The position numbers were made by a program, and so were the translations under genes. Source: a virus (taxonomy: Duplodnaviria > Caudoviricetes). From it: a stretch of DNA of 64,000 bases. Position 1 is the stretch's first letter. Every line of letters starts with the position of its first letter. Of the stretch, positions 19,180-28,875 are shown one piece after another. Where the stretch lies: the IMG/VR virus record IMGVR_UViG_3300029913_000001. One strand, written 5' to 3'. The notes beneath the pieces are model-generated. The model searched no databases, had not been told where the DNA came from, and saw nothing but the letters and a program-made list of their open reading frames with translations.

Positions 19180-20250
19180 TTATTTCTTTAGACCAAAATA
19201 TTTACATAATAATTTGTCATAATTAATTTCTAGAATATCCTGTCTAATTGCTACATAATGCCCACAAATACATACCTCATTCCTCGTTTTCATTGCTTGA
19301 TCAAGATTATTAGTACGTATGTTATGATATTTTAAAAAATTATTTGATTGTTGCTTACGATCACTTGCCTGCATAATAAGTTTGTACGCGGTTTTTATGT
19401 TGGCGGATGAAATTGAATTCAACTTATATTTTTTAGCAATCTTGCAATAGGTATCTAACGTTGTTTTAATTTTTAATAATTCTTTATTCATGCTAGCTAA
19501 GACATCGGCTGTGTCGTAGGCATCAAAAAATCTAGCATCTGACCAATATTCTTCAATACTTTCTATTATTCTACCGTCCGTTCTTGATAGTTCGGAAAAA
19601 TCTGGAAAGGCTACGGAAAAACTCCTCAATAAAGTTAATAATTTTTTAAATTCTATATTGCTATCAATTATATCATCCACAGATATTTCCCAATCTTCAT
19701 GCTTACTCCAGGTATATGAAAATCCATCACAAGGAAAAATACAAAATATATGCCCATAACCATCTGCACCCAGACTGTTACTTATACAAAAAATACTATT
19801 TGATCGTATTGCCTTACAACCACCAAGCGATAATAATTCATCCACATTTTTTTGAATTTTTTTCGGAGTATCCAATGGACGTCTATTCAATCGTGAAGCA
19901 CCTATAAAATAAACCGTTTTGGGATCTATATCTCGTGATCCGCGATATAATAATGAACTTGATTTTTTCATGTATCTTAAATATTCACTACAATTCTCCT
20001 CTATAAATCGGCAAACTTTTAAAAATCGAAGTTTATCTTTATCCCGCATTGATGCGGGATAAAGATTTAGCAATATTTTCTTGCTAGGCGTTAAATTTGC
20101 ACTAAATAAGTCGCCTTCTACCGTTGATCCCGGTTTTAATTTCTTATAATTTTTCATAGGTAATTTACCCACTCTCTTAATCTTTTTCGTGATTTTAATC
20201 TCAGTTATCTTATTGTATGAATTAATAATCATTTTTAGCAATTCTCTCAT
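19180..20250 (-). CDS. ADP-ribosyltransferase-like paralog 5 (with helical insertion)
   Basis: Likely start MRELLK at 20250; LYRGS / KAIRSNSIFCIS / EVCICG. Confidence 0.6.
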   Translation of the reverse strand: MRELLKMIINSYNKITEIKITKKIKRVGKLPMKNYKKLKPGSTVEGDLFSANLTPSKKILLNLYPASMRDKDKLRFLKVCRFIEENCSEYLRYMKKSSSLLYRGSRDIDPKTVYFIGASRLNRRPLDTPKKIQKNVDELLSLGGCKAIRSNSIFCISNSLGADGYGHIFCIFPCDGFSYTWSKHEDWEISVDDIIDSNIEFKKLLTLLRSFSVAFPDFSELSRTDGRIIESIEEYWSDARFFDAYDTADVLASMNKELLKIKTTLDTYCKIAKKYKLNSISSANIKTAYKLIMQASDRKQQSNNFLKYHNIRTNNLDQAMKTRNEVCICGHYVAIRQDILEINYDKLLCKYFGLKK

Positions 20251-21826
20251 TTTTATTAACAGATTCATTAAAATCATTTGCTGCTCTCTGCCGATAATCA
20301 GTTGGCACATTAATTGTCTTCTTACCATGACAATATACGCATTTTTTCTTCTTGCCATTTATTAATGTAAATCCTTTTCCATCGCATCGAAGGCAAGTTA
20401 GCTGCGCTTCACTTATCTCTAAACCCGGAGTATCATTGGAGTTTATTACTTCATTCATCCCAATTTTAATTATTTTATCGAGTAAGGTTTTATTATTTAA
20501 TGCCACAGCTATATATTTTCCATGAATATAAACCTCAAACATTTTATTCAATGCATCGGTTAAAAAAAGATTAGTAAAACCATATGTTTGTGTGAATTCC
20601 CTGGCCGGCATATTAATCGAATCATTAACAAATGAATTATCACTATAAGTATTGTCTTCATTAAACAAAACGTAGTGTAATCCAAATTTTCCTGTTAAGT
20701 CAAGTGCTCTTCTACACCAGGTATATGAAAATCCATTTAAAGGAAAAATAACATATACTTTTCCGTGATTAGTCTTATCATGATCATTACTATAATTACT
20801 GGCAATCAACTTATCCGACGTACAAAAAATACTATTTGATCGTAATGCAGTAAATCCAACTTTGGATAATGCCGAATCCAATAATTCCGATGCTTTCTCA
20901 TTTGAATCTACCGGCATACGATTTTTAACTTCTTTCCCAAATAAAATAGGTTCGACCGAATGAATACCACGATATAAAAAATCATGATCTTTATAAATTT
21001 GCAAAATATCTGTGCAATTAGTTTTAATAAATCTAACTATTCTATCTTCTTGATTAGGCGTCATACTTTCTTTTAAACTTTTAAAATATTCGACCTCGCC
21101 TTCATGTTTTGCGTCAGCTCTATGACTATCAAAAGTTCCGAGATTCTTACCTTTATGGGAAAGCAATCGATATTTTCCATTCTTTAATTTAACAATATGT
21201 TCGTCTAATTTTGGCGGGGATAATAATACTCGATCGAGTATTACTTTTATTTTATTAACTTTCGTAGATTTAGGGTATAACTCTTGAATGATTTGATATC
21301 TGTCTGTTTCAGAGCCGTTTGCATACATTTCACGAATCTTACTAGCAGAGCTAATATTCTGGCCAAGTATTTTATATTGTATTGCTGGAACAACTACATA
21401 ATAGGCATGCTTATCAAATGTCTGCAATGGAGTAGTAGATGAAACTGGATATGGCTGCATATACGAAAGTTCCCCATTTTTCTTAATAGGAGAACCAAGG
21501 CGATCTCGATCTTTCGATGATAAACCAAAAATTAAAACGGTATTTGCTGAATCATATTTTCCAGTTATTTCGGTAGATTTATACGGACTTACTACTTCAA
21601 CAAATTTATCTTCAGGAACTCCTGCTTGCGCAGCTAAAAATCTCTTCTCTGCAAATGAAAATGGTCGCTCAGACATTTTATTTGAACTAGCCACATATAA
21701 ATCTGCCTTTGGAAATTTATTTTTAAGATAATTATATACTGCGGTATGCCCAGCCGACCATGGGTGAAATCCACCGGGAAATATGCAGAGCTCGTGATAT
21801 CTAGTTTCAAATTCAGAAAGAAGCAT
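20222..21826 (-). CDS. Fusion of an HxGH-type nucleotidyltransferase, ADP-ribosyltransferase-like paralog 6 and a CxxCxGxG zinc ribbon
   Basis: FPGGFHPWSAGH at the N-terminus; LYRGI / FTALRSNSIFCTS / EVYIHG; CLRCDGKG...CVYCHGK. Confidence 0.65.
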   Translation of the reverse strand: MLLSEFETRYHELCIFPGGFHPWSAGHTAVYNYLKNKFPKADLYVASSNKMSERPFSFAEKRFLAAQAGVPEDKFVEVVSPYKSTEITGKYDSANTVLIFGLSSKDRDRLGSPIKKNGELSYMQPYPVSSTTPLQTFDKHAYYVVVPAIQYKILGQNISSASKIREMYANGSETDRYQIIQELYPKSTKVNKIKVILDRVLLSPPKLDEHIVKLKNGKYRLLSHKGKNLGTFDSHRADAKHEGEVEYFKSLKESMTPNQEDRIVRFIKTNCTDILQIYKDHDFLYRGIHSVEPILFGKEVKNRMPVDSNEKASELLDSALSKVGFTALRSNSIFCTSDKLIASNYSNDHDKTNHGKVYVIFPLNGFSYTWCRRALDLTGKFGLHYVLFNEDNTYSDNSFVNDSINMPAREFTQTYGFTNLFLTDALNKMFEVYIHGKYIAVALNNKTLLDKIIKIGMNEVINSNDTPGLEISEAQLTCLRCDGKGFTLINGKKKKCVYCHGKKTINVPTDYRQRAANDFNESVNKNERIAKNDY

Positions 21827-21836
21827 TTATAAATCC

Positions 21837-22805
21837 TCAGTTATATTTATGAAAGAATGGCCCAAGAATAAGATCCCCTTCCTGTGAATACAATTCTTTA
21901 TTAATTTGTAAAATCCATTCAGGCGCAATGTTCTTTCTTCTATAATTTTTTAAAAATAAATGTGTTTCTATCGGAATATCACCGTAAACCTGCAATACAC
22001 CTAGCATTCGATGTCTACCTTCATGATCTATAACTTTAGCTGCACTTCTAAAATTTAAGTCTTCCCAGTTACTCGGAATTTGGATACTTAAAAATGGGCT
22101 TCCAATAGAATTACCATTTTTAATATATTCTCGCATATTATCTACCGAATCAGAAAAATGTGAGAAAGACGGTGTCAATGACAAAAATGAGCTCGGCTTC
22201 ATTGCTACCCGCAACCCAAAATAATCTATATCTTCATTATTGGGAGTTGCACCGGCACCTCTCTTATTATCTATTTTAACTTCCTCAGATATATTCTTTG
22301 AAAATATTTTTGATAACTTTTTAAATGTATTTTTAACGCCCGAATCTTCGTATAATATTCCGATTCCACCCGCAACATTCCAGGATTTAATATTATCATC
22401 CAAATCGTCGATTAATATATTACTATTCCCAACGTATTCATCTTTATTAAAAGCAAAAATAGCGGGAATACCCCCTAAACCATTCTTTTTTAACCATAAC
22501 TTTTTCCCTGCTATACATTCTTCTGTATTAGGAGGGCCCACGGGACGGCTTAAAAAAATATATGGAATTTTTCTATTGTCGAACCAAGCTAATAATTTTT
22601 TTCCATTTGGCATCCATTCTAAATTTGCAAAGAATTTCTTAATGTCGCCGTTATTAATAACATTGCTCCAATACTTATTGTTCCATCCATAGGATTCAAA
22701 TTCCTCTAGCGTAAGATGATTAAAATCAGCCGCGCCCTTAGCACAATCTGCCAGACACCCATCTAGATCTATAAATACTTTGCGTTCGATTTCAGAAATT
22801 CTCAT
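21837..22805 (-). CDS. HAD-family 5'(3')-deoxyribonucleotidase fused to a ParB/Srx-like domain
   Basis: VFIDLDGCLAD and ILIDD motifs; C-terminal DHEGRHRM. Confidence 0.75.
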   Translation of the reverse strand: MRISEIERKVFIDLDGCLADCAKGAADFNHLTLEEFESYGWNNKYWSNVINNGDIKKFFANLEWMPNGKKLLAWFDNRKIPYIFLSRPVGPPNTEECIAGKKLWLKKNGLGGIPAIFAFNKDEYVGNSNILIDDLDDNIKSWNVAGGIGILYEDSGVKNTFKKLSKIFSKNISEEVKIDNKRGAGATPNNEDIDYFGLRVAMKPSSFLSLTPSFSHFSDSVDNMREYIKNGNSIGSPFLSIQIPSNWEDLNFRSAAKVIDHEGRHRMLGVLQVYGDIPIETHLFLKNYRRKNIAPEWILQINKELYSQEGDLILGPFFHKYN

Positions 22806-22839
22806 ATTAATATTTATCCAATAACTCGATTAGCAACAA

Positions 22840-22876
22840 ATAAAAAGCCTATCATGATTCATGATAGGCTTTTTAT
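22840..22876. terminator. Near-perfect palindrome, probable bidirectional terminator
   Basis: ATAAAAAGCCTATCATGA-T-TCATGATAGGCTTTTTAT. Confidence 0.75.
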
Positions 22877-22893
22877 ACTGTTATTTTTACTTT

Positions 22894-23094
22894 TTATCGA
22901 TCAAAAATTCGAGCTAATGTACAATCAATAGCTTGAAACGCGGAAATTCGATTAATATCATTAGTGTCAGTCGAAGTTACTACATTAATTAAACTTAATG
23001 CCATCTTTTCAGCTCGAGTTAGTTCACTGTCATTTAATGTCCCACTAGTCGGCAATACCTTAATTAACGCATCTTGTAACACGCTTTGTTCCAT
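22894..23094 (-). CDS. Hypothetical protein (66 aa)
   Basis: ORF with RBS AGGAG. Confidence 0.55.
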   Translation of the reverse strand: MEQSVLQDALIKVLPTSGTLNDSELTRAEKMALSLINVVTSTDTNDINRISAFQAIDCTLARIFDR

Positions 23095-23095
23095 A

Positions 23096-23983
23096 TTATT
23101 CTCCTATTTTAATTGGTGTAGCTTTAGTTTCAATGTATTTGGCCAAGGCCACCAAATCTGGCTTAAGAGCAAGCATGGACTCTTCGTCCTTTGTTTCATC
23201 TTGGCGAGACGCGATTCTCGGCGTCAATTGTGGGTTTGCCTCTAGAGAAAGACCCATAGATTTATATAAATTAGTTGGATCTCCCGGGAAAACAAAAGTG
23301 CCGCAATGATTTAGTCGTATAGATGGGTCAGCAAAAATTTCGCCGCCAATTGCTCTGTAACGACAACAGAAAAGCCAATCCTCGGAAAGATATTCTTTTG
23401 TATCAGGGCTAATAGAGCAATCAAATAACGCATAGCAGAATGGATTGAACTTTGGATCTAGTCCGATATTATTAGTAAACTTTGTGTGTGGATAAGATAC
23501 CATCATCTTATTAAAAACTTCCCGTTTAATAAGCATGAACCCCGTACCCAAACGACTGACAGGAATTAATCCATCAACTGATTGTAATTTACCATCCGCG
23601 GCTACATTTTCAGGAGATACATTAACAACAAAATCGGTAGGGAGATTTTTCTTGCTATATAATCCGCCAACAATATCTTTATCGTACAGCAGAAGCTTAA
23701 AAATATATTCTGGCTCAAATCCAATATCTGAATCAATAAAAAGCAGATGGGTTGCTACAGAATTCTCTAAAAACTTCGCAACGAGATGATTACGACCGCG
23801 CGGAATTAGGCTTTCGTTAATCATAGTGTCTAGTGACAACGGTAATCCAATTTTTTGCGCATACATGAAAAATTTAATTAATGATGTCGCGGTTTCTGTG
23901 AACATCATGCCGGCATAGCATGGCAGTGCAATTTGCAAATGCATTTTTCTAAGAGCTTCAGCTTGTTCTTGCGTAATATTCAT
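23096..23983 (-). CDS. GT-A fold glycosyltransferase-like protein
   Basis: ESLIPRGRN, LLFIDSDI (DxD), GTGFMLIKR and SEDWLFC motifs. Confidence 0.75.
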   Translation of the reverse strand: MNITQEQAEALRKMHLQIALPCYAGMMFTETATSLIKFFMYAQKIGLPLSLDTMINESLIPRGRNHLVAKFLENSVATHLLFIDSDIGFEPEYIFKLLLYDKDIVGGLYSKKNLPTDFVVNVSPENVAADGKLQSVDGLIPVSRLGTGFMLIKREVFNKMMVSYPHTKFTNNIGLDPKFNPFCYALFDCSISPDTKEYLSEDWLFCCRYRAIGGEIFADPSIRLNHCGTFVFPGDPTNLYKSMGLSLEANPQLTPRIASRQDETKDEESMLALKPDLVALAKYIETKATPIKIGE

Positions 23984-24048
23984 TCTAATCCTTTGTAAAT
24001 CTAGAATTTGTTCTTAATCGCGATTTAAACCCCAGTCATATCTTTCAT

Positions 24049-24312
24049 TTAAAATTTTCTTAGCTTCGGCCCATTTTCTCTCTCAGCATCAGGAACTCCC
24101 GAAATAGAATGCCAGCTAGCGTTCCATCTAGTTGCTGTATCATACGCCGATAAACAATCCAATAGATAATTAGCCAGAATAAAATCAGGAGTGTTAGTTG
24201 AGTTATCAATTGAAAATGTATTAAGAAGATCGGTTAGAGATCGAATTAACGAGGTTTCATTCGATTTTTCGCAGAACCCACTTGCGCAGGTATCTTTATT
24301 ACAATCACACAT
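24049..24312 (-). CDS. Hypothetical protein (87 aa)
   Basis: ORF with RBS; NTPDFILANYL segment. Confidence 0.55.
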   Translation of the reverse strand: MCDCNKDTCASGFCEKSNETSLIRSLTDLLNTFSIDNSTNTPDFILANYLLDCLSAYDTATRWNASWHSISGVPDAERENGPKLRKF

Positions 24313-24321
24313 ATAATTTTC

Positions 24322-24747
24322 CTAATAAGATAATTTTATTGACGATAGAATGCCGTCGGAAATATTTGAAACATTTGCGCGTAGCCAGGCATATTGGCCA
24401 GTAATTGTGTAAAAGGTATTTGTATTATTTGAAATAAAATTCGGTGTGCCAACAACTGATAAATTGTTATAAAATACTAGTTGCTCGTCTGAATCACCGG
24501 TAATTGTATTTGTCAAAGGAATACTTACCCAGGGACCGGAAGAAGAATCCCTGGATAAACTTGCTTCAATTACAATGTTCCCGGTAAAATTAGTAGTCTG
24601 AATTTGCATAGTTTGAAAACCACCGGCTTTTAGAGAAAGGCCAGCAGCTTTAACGGGTTCAGATATATGAGTTGGTTTTTTACTTTCATTACCAACGCCG
24701 CCGCGAAAATCTAATCCCGAAACCATTACAATTCCAAAATCTGTCAT
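24322..24747 (-). CDS. Hypothetical beta-rich protein, possibly structural
   Basis: 141-aa ORF. Confidence 0.55.
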   Translation of the reverse strand: MTDFGIVMVSGLDFRGGVGNESKKPTHISEPVKAAGLSLKAGGFQTMQIQTTNFTGNIVIEASLSRDSSSGPWVSIPLTNTITGDSDEQLVFYNNLSVVGTPNFISNNTNTFYTITGQYAWLRANVSNISDGILSSIKLSY

Positions 24748-24911
24748 CGACTAACTTCTACCAATATAGTTGCATCTTCTAATAGTCCCTCTACCGCGGC
24801 CTGCAATGTTTCGATCTGATCATCCGAAATCATTTCGTGAGGATCGTTATCATTATCACGAAGTATGGTCGATAAAGTAATTGTAATGTTTTCATCTAAA
24901 ATTTTTGCCAT
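24744..24911 (-). CDS. Hypothetical protein (about 55 aa)
   Basis: Start MAKILDE after AGGAG. Confidence 0.5.
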   Translation of the reverse strand: MAKILDENITITLSTILRDNDNDPHEMISDDQIETLQAAVEGLLEDATILVEVSR

Positions 24912-24912
24912 G

Positions 24913-27174
24913 TTATTTCTCCTGTACCGGTTTCTTAATGGAAATAGGAAAAGTATTAATTGCTGTTCCAATTACAAGATTATTACCCACCCAATCTAAA
25001 TTAACAGTCGCTCCGTTTGGAATGATTCCGTTTAATAGTTTAACGCTAAGTGGATATCTAATTAAAGAATCAATAATACCAGAAATCTTTCTTGCCCCAT
25101 ATTCATTACTCTTATTTAGCTCGAGCACATGGCTGATAAGATTTTCAGTCGCAATAATAGTTAAATTTTTATCGGTAAGCGCAGCGATTTCTGCAATTTT
25201 TGTTTGTGCGATTTTACGATAACTAAGATCGTCCAAACTATTATATTCAATCATAGCTGTAATGCGTCCTCGGATTTCAGTGAGGAAAACATTATTAATA
25301 GCCTTTGTAACTGCACTCATGCCATTTGAGTCCGGAATAAAACCTAAATTAATCTTACTCTTTTCTCGACTGCCTACATTACTACTCATAATAATAATTG
25401 TATTTTTGCAATCGGCTGTTTTTCCACTGGCACTTGAAATAGTACCTTCATCCATCATCTGAAGAAGCAAGGTGTATAAATTTGGATTTGCTTTTTCGAT
25501 TTCGTCGAAAAGAATAACCGAATTTGGATGCTTCATTAAATCGTTGATAAGTTTGCCTTCTCCTGCATCCCCATCCCCATATCCTTTATATCCAGGGGGC
25601 GCACCGATTAATGTCGCCATTGCGTGATCTGCCTGATATTCACTCATATCGTAACGAAGTAAATGCATATTCATATACGATGCAAGTTGCTTTGCGGTGT
25701 AAGATTTACCTACGCCGCTAGGGCCGGTTAGTAAAAAACTACCAATGGGTTTAGATGGATCTCGCAACCCGGCTTGTGAAATAATTAGGGACTCGGCAAT
25801 TTTATCAATTGCATGTGTCTGATGGAAAATTTTTGAATTTAGGGTCTCTCGAATATTAAGAATATCGGCCGCGTTATTCTGATCAGTCGTCTTAACCAAA
25901 ATGCCGGTACTAGTTTCGATCTCTCGAATAATATCCAATTTTGTAATACGCTTATTCTTATCTTTAGCAACCGTTTTACGGGCGCAAGCAGAATCGATCA
26001 GATCAATTGCTTTATCTGGAAGCTGCCGATCTGGCTGATAACGAACGGATAATTCGACTGCGGCTTCGATTGCATCGTCCTGAATACGGCATTTATGGAA
26101 TTTATTAAAACTGTTCTTAACTCCTTGAAGAATTAAAATAGTTTCTGCTTTACTCGGTTCCTTTAGAGCAAGCAATCGAAACCTACGCATAAGAGCGGTA
26201 TCTTTCTTAAATGTCTGGGTATATCCATCCCATGTAGTTGCTGCAATAACTTTAATATTACCGCGACTAAGTTCAGGTTTCAACATTGCTGAAAAGGCAA
26301 CACCGGAATCATTTGAGCCGCCTCCGGAATTAATCTGTTGAGCCTCATCTATAAAAAGAATGGCATTTTTTTCATTAACTAATGCGGCTAAGACATTCTT
26401 AATCTTTTCCTCAAAATCTCCTCGGAAATGGCAACCGGCTAAAACCGATCCAACATCTAGACTATAAATAATCTTATCTTTTAAAGTACTGGGTACAATA
26501 CCCGCATTAATATTACGAGCTAATCCTTCAATTAATTCCGATTTACCTACTCCAGGTTCCCCAACCACAAGTACATTATTCTTTTTCTTCTTCGACAGTG
26601 CATGTGCAATGTCAAACAATTCAATTTCCCGGCCAATTAGCACATCGGTAGTACCTTTAACTTTTTCATTTAAATTCACACAAAATTCAGCTAATGCGGT
26701 AGTTGACTGTGTATCAGACGTTGTTAATTGATCTAGTCCGTCAATAATTTTGGAAGTAATGCCGTATTTCTCTAGAAAATAACTAGCATACGACTCCTTT
26801 TCGTTATATAACTTACGAAAAATATCACCAAAAGTTACTTCTCTGCCATATTTTGTGGCTTCGGAGTAAGCCGAAACTAAAACTTTTTGCACCGAGGCTG
26901 TAATTTGCCCAGTCATAATATTCGGCTCGTTACTGGCAATTTTATTTTGAAGTCTAGGAGTTTGTGCTTCGATAAACTTTTTGATGGCCTCAGCCATCAA
27001 ACTAACCGAAACTCCCTGATTTTCGAGATACTTCCGGACAGATGAATACGACAAACTTGCATAAAGAATATGTTCGAGAGTAATAGTTGTTTGATCTAAA
27101 TTAATAGCAAGCTGAAAACTAATATCAATAAGATTCTTAATTAACGGCGATCCGTTCGAAGTAGCAGTTGGCAT
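24913..27174 (-). CDS. clpA: ClpA/ClpC-like Hsp100 AAA+ unfoldase
   Basis: Clp N-domain (EHILYA), Walker A motifs GEPGVGKS and GPSGVGKS, LFIDE and LFDEIEKA, and a ClpP-docking LGF loop (KINLGFIP). Confidence 0.85.
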   Translation of the reverse strand: MPTATSNGSPLIKNLIDISFQLAINLDQTTITLEHILYASLSYSSVRKYLENQGVSVSLMAEAIKKFIEAQTPRLQNKIASNEPNIMTGQITASVQKVLVSAYSEATKYGREVTFGDIFRKLYNEKESYASYFLEKYGITSKIIDGLDQLTTSDTQSTTALAEFCVNLNEKVKGTTDVLIGREIELFDIAHALSKKKKNNVLVVGEPGVGKSELIEGLARNINAGIVPSTLKDKIIYSLDVGSVLAGCHFRGDFEEKIKNVLAALVNEKNAILFIDEAQQINSGGGSNDSGVAFSAMLKPELSRGNIKVIAATTWDGYTQTFKKDTALMRRFRLLALKEPSKAETILILQGVKNSFNKFHKCRIQDDAIEAAVELSVRYQPDRQLPDKAIDLIDSACARKTVAKDKNKRITKLDIIREIETSTGILVKTTDQNNAADILNIRETLNSKIFHQTHAIDKIAESLIISQAGLRDPSKPIGSFLLTGPSGVGKSYTAKQLASYMNMHLLRYDMSEYQADHAMATLIGAPPGYKGYGDGDAGEGKLINDLMKHPNSVILFDEIEKANPNLYTLLLQMMDEGTISSASGKTADCKNTIIIMSSNVGSREKSKINLGFIPDSNGMSAVTKAINNVFLTEIRGRITAMIEYNSLDDLSYRKIAQTKIAEIAALTDKNLTIIATENLISHVLELNKSNEYGARKISGIIDSLIRYPLSVKLLNGIIPNGATVNLDWVGNNLVIGTAINTFPISIKKPVQEK

Positions 27175-27219
27175 AATGTCCCTTTCATTTATAAGTATAA
27201 AACATTATTCATACGTAAG

Positions 27220-27810
27220 TCAAGAGAAAAACGAAACTAACTGAATAAAAAGATCTCCTCGCAGTTTTGTTTTTCGATTGAATAAACCAGCATCGGGTAT
27301 TCGATAAATTGTTTTTGATTTACATCTTTTCGGTATCGAAATTCGGAATCGTACGCCATCGGGTCCAATTATTGTTATTTCCCCGCCTACTATACTCTTC
27401 CAAAAAGATACTCGAATTTTTTGAATTAATTTATCGGCTATTACAATAAAATCATTGGGCATTTCTACCTTAATTTTTGCTTGCAAAATAGAAAATCGAT
27501 CTTCCTCTAGCTGAATATTTCGAAAACATAACGATTCTCCAGTTTTAATACCGGCAGGTATTGATAATCGAAAGGTTCGATTACCATCATTGGACATAAA
27601 ATATCGTTCACATCCTAATATAGAATCTTGTAAAGATATCGCAATTTTAATCTGAAAAATTGTATTAAGACATTTGTTATATTCAAGATTCAGCAAATTA
27701 AATTTTTCTGCGGCTAGCGGATCAGTTGGATGTAAATCTGGATGGCATTCTTTTGCCAATTTTCGATAATTAGAGTGAATTTGATTGAAAAAGATAGAAG
27801 AGTTAGGCAT
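27220..27810 (-). CDS. J-domain co-chaperone (DnaJ/CbpA-like)
   Basis: YRKLAKECHPD J-domain and a DnaJ C-terminal-like region ending in RGDLFI. Confidence 0.8.
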   Translation of the reverse strand: MPNSSIFFNQIHSNYRKLAKECHPDLHPTDPLAAEKFNLLNLEYNKCLNTIFQIKIAISLQDSILGCERYFMSNDGNRTFRLSIPAGIKTGESLCFRNIQLEEDRFSILQAKIKVEMPNDFIVIADKLIQKIRVSFWKSIVGGEITIIGPDGVRFRISIPKRCKSKTIYRIPDAGLFNRKTKLRGDLFIQLVSFFS

Positions 27811-27833
27811 TATTCACCCCGTGCTAATTAGAT

Positions 27834-28286
27834 TTAAATTCGATATTGTAATTCCTTCTCAGTTTCTTGCTTAACTATAAATTTAATAGGTGGGCATAAT
27901 CCATTCCAAAATTCTGGTGTGCCATCTGGCATTTTTTTTCTTAGTGCATCATTTGTTACAATTAATTCTACTTCTCTCCAAGCCAAGCTCGATCTCGATT
28001 CATGCAGGGATAAAATTTCAAATCGAAATTTGTCTTTTCCTCTTAAGGTAATTTCTTCATTTAATGTCTTACAACTACCGGTATATTTTTTCCAATTCGA
28101 TTCATTTATTACTTTTTTTCTATTTGTTCTGTTTTTAATTTTTTTTCGGGTTGTCATAAAAAAGAATTTCTTGCCGATATATTTGCGATTGGTATCTATA
28201 CATGTAATTTTATACACAAAGCCAATCCATTCAGTTGGATCAAAATTAAATGGAAATTCCCAATGTCCTATGTCTATTTTTTCCAT
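27834..28286 (-). CDS. GIY-YIG nuclease-like protein
   Basis: GFVYKIT...KYIGKK and NWKKYTGS motifs. Confidence 0.7.
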   Translation of the reverse strand: MEKIDIGHWEFPFNFDPTEWIGFVYKITCIDTNRKYIGKKFFFMTTRKKIKNRTNRKKVINESNWKKYTGSCKTLNEEITLRGKDKFRFEILSLHESRSSLAWREVELIVTNDALRKKMPDGTPEFWNGLCPPIKFIVKQETEKELQYRI

Positions 28287-28341
28287 ATCAATATTTAGCT
28301 GAACATACCGAAATAAGAAAATAGTTAACTATTTTATCGAA

Positions 28342-28857
28342 TTATTTACCGATTATTAAATTTTTCGCAGCTAATTTTTTATTGGAAAATATTTTCTTTT
28401 GTCTATTACGTGATTTGTAATAAGCGGCGTCTTTTAAAATTCGTTGTCGAAAAATCCATTCGTTGTCTTTTAAAAGAATAGCAATTGAAATCGTATTTGG
28501 ATTTAACTGAAATAATAGATCAGTGTCATTAAAAAAATCAATTATGTCATCTCGTAAAATTCCTATACGAAAATTTTCGGTTTTGCTATAAGAAATTATT
28601 CCCTTTTCTTTTAAACTATAATATTGTTCTATAATTGACATAAAAATATAATTGGGAATATCTTGCCAATCGCAATACAGTTTAATTTCATTAATTGTAT
28701 CAATCCAAAAATTTTTATCTATTTCATTAATTGAATTGTCGAAGTCAATTATCATATTCCAAAAATTCATTGATATATCAAAAAATATTAAAAATAATTG
28801 TTTTTGCAATTCATTTAATTTAATAATTTCATCTTGATAATATGATACATATTTCAT
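28342..28857 (-). CDS. Hypothetical protein (about 171 aa)
   Basis: Likely start MKYVSY at 28857 after AAGGA; the ORF-track extension runs into the hairpin region. Confidence 0.5.
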   Translation of the reverse strand: MKYVSYYQDEIIKLNELQKQLFLIFFDISMNFWNMIIDFDNSINEIDKNFWIDTINEIKLYCDWQDIPNYIFMSIIEQYYSLKEKGIISYSKTENFRIGILRDDIIDFFNDTDLLFQLNPNTISIAILLKDNEWIFRQRILKDAAYYKSRNRQKKIFSNKKLAAKNLIIGK

Positions 28858-28875
28858 AAATATATTTCCTTGTTT

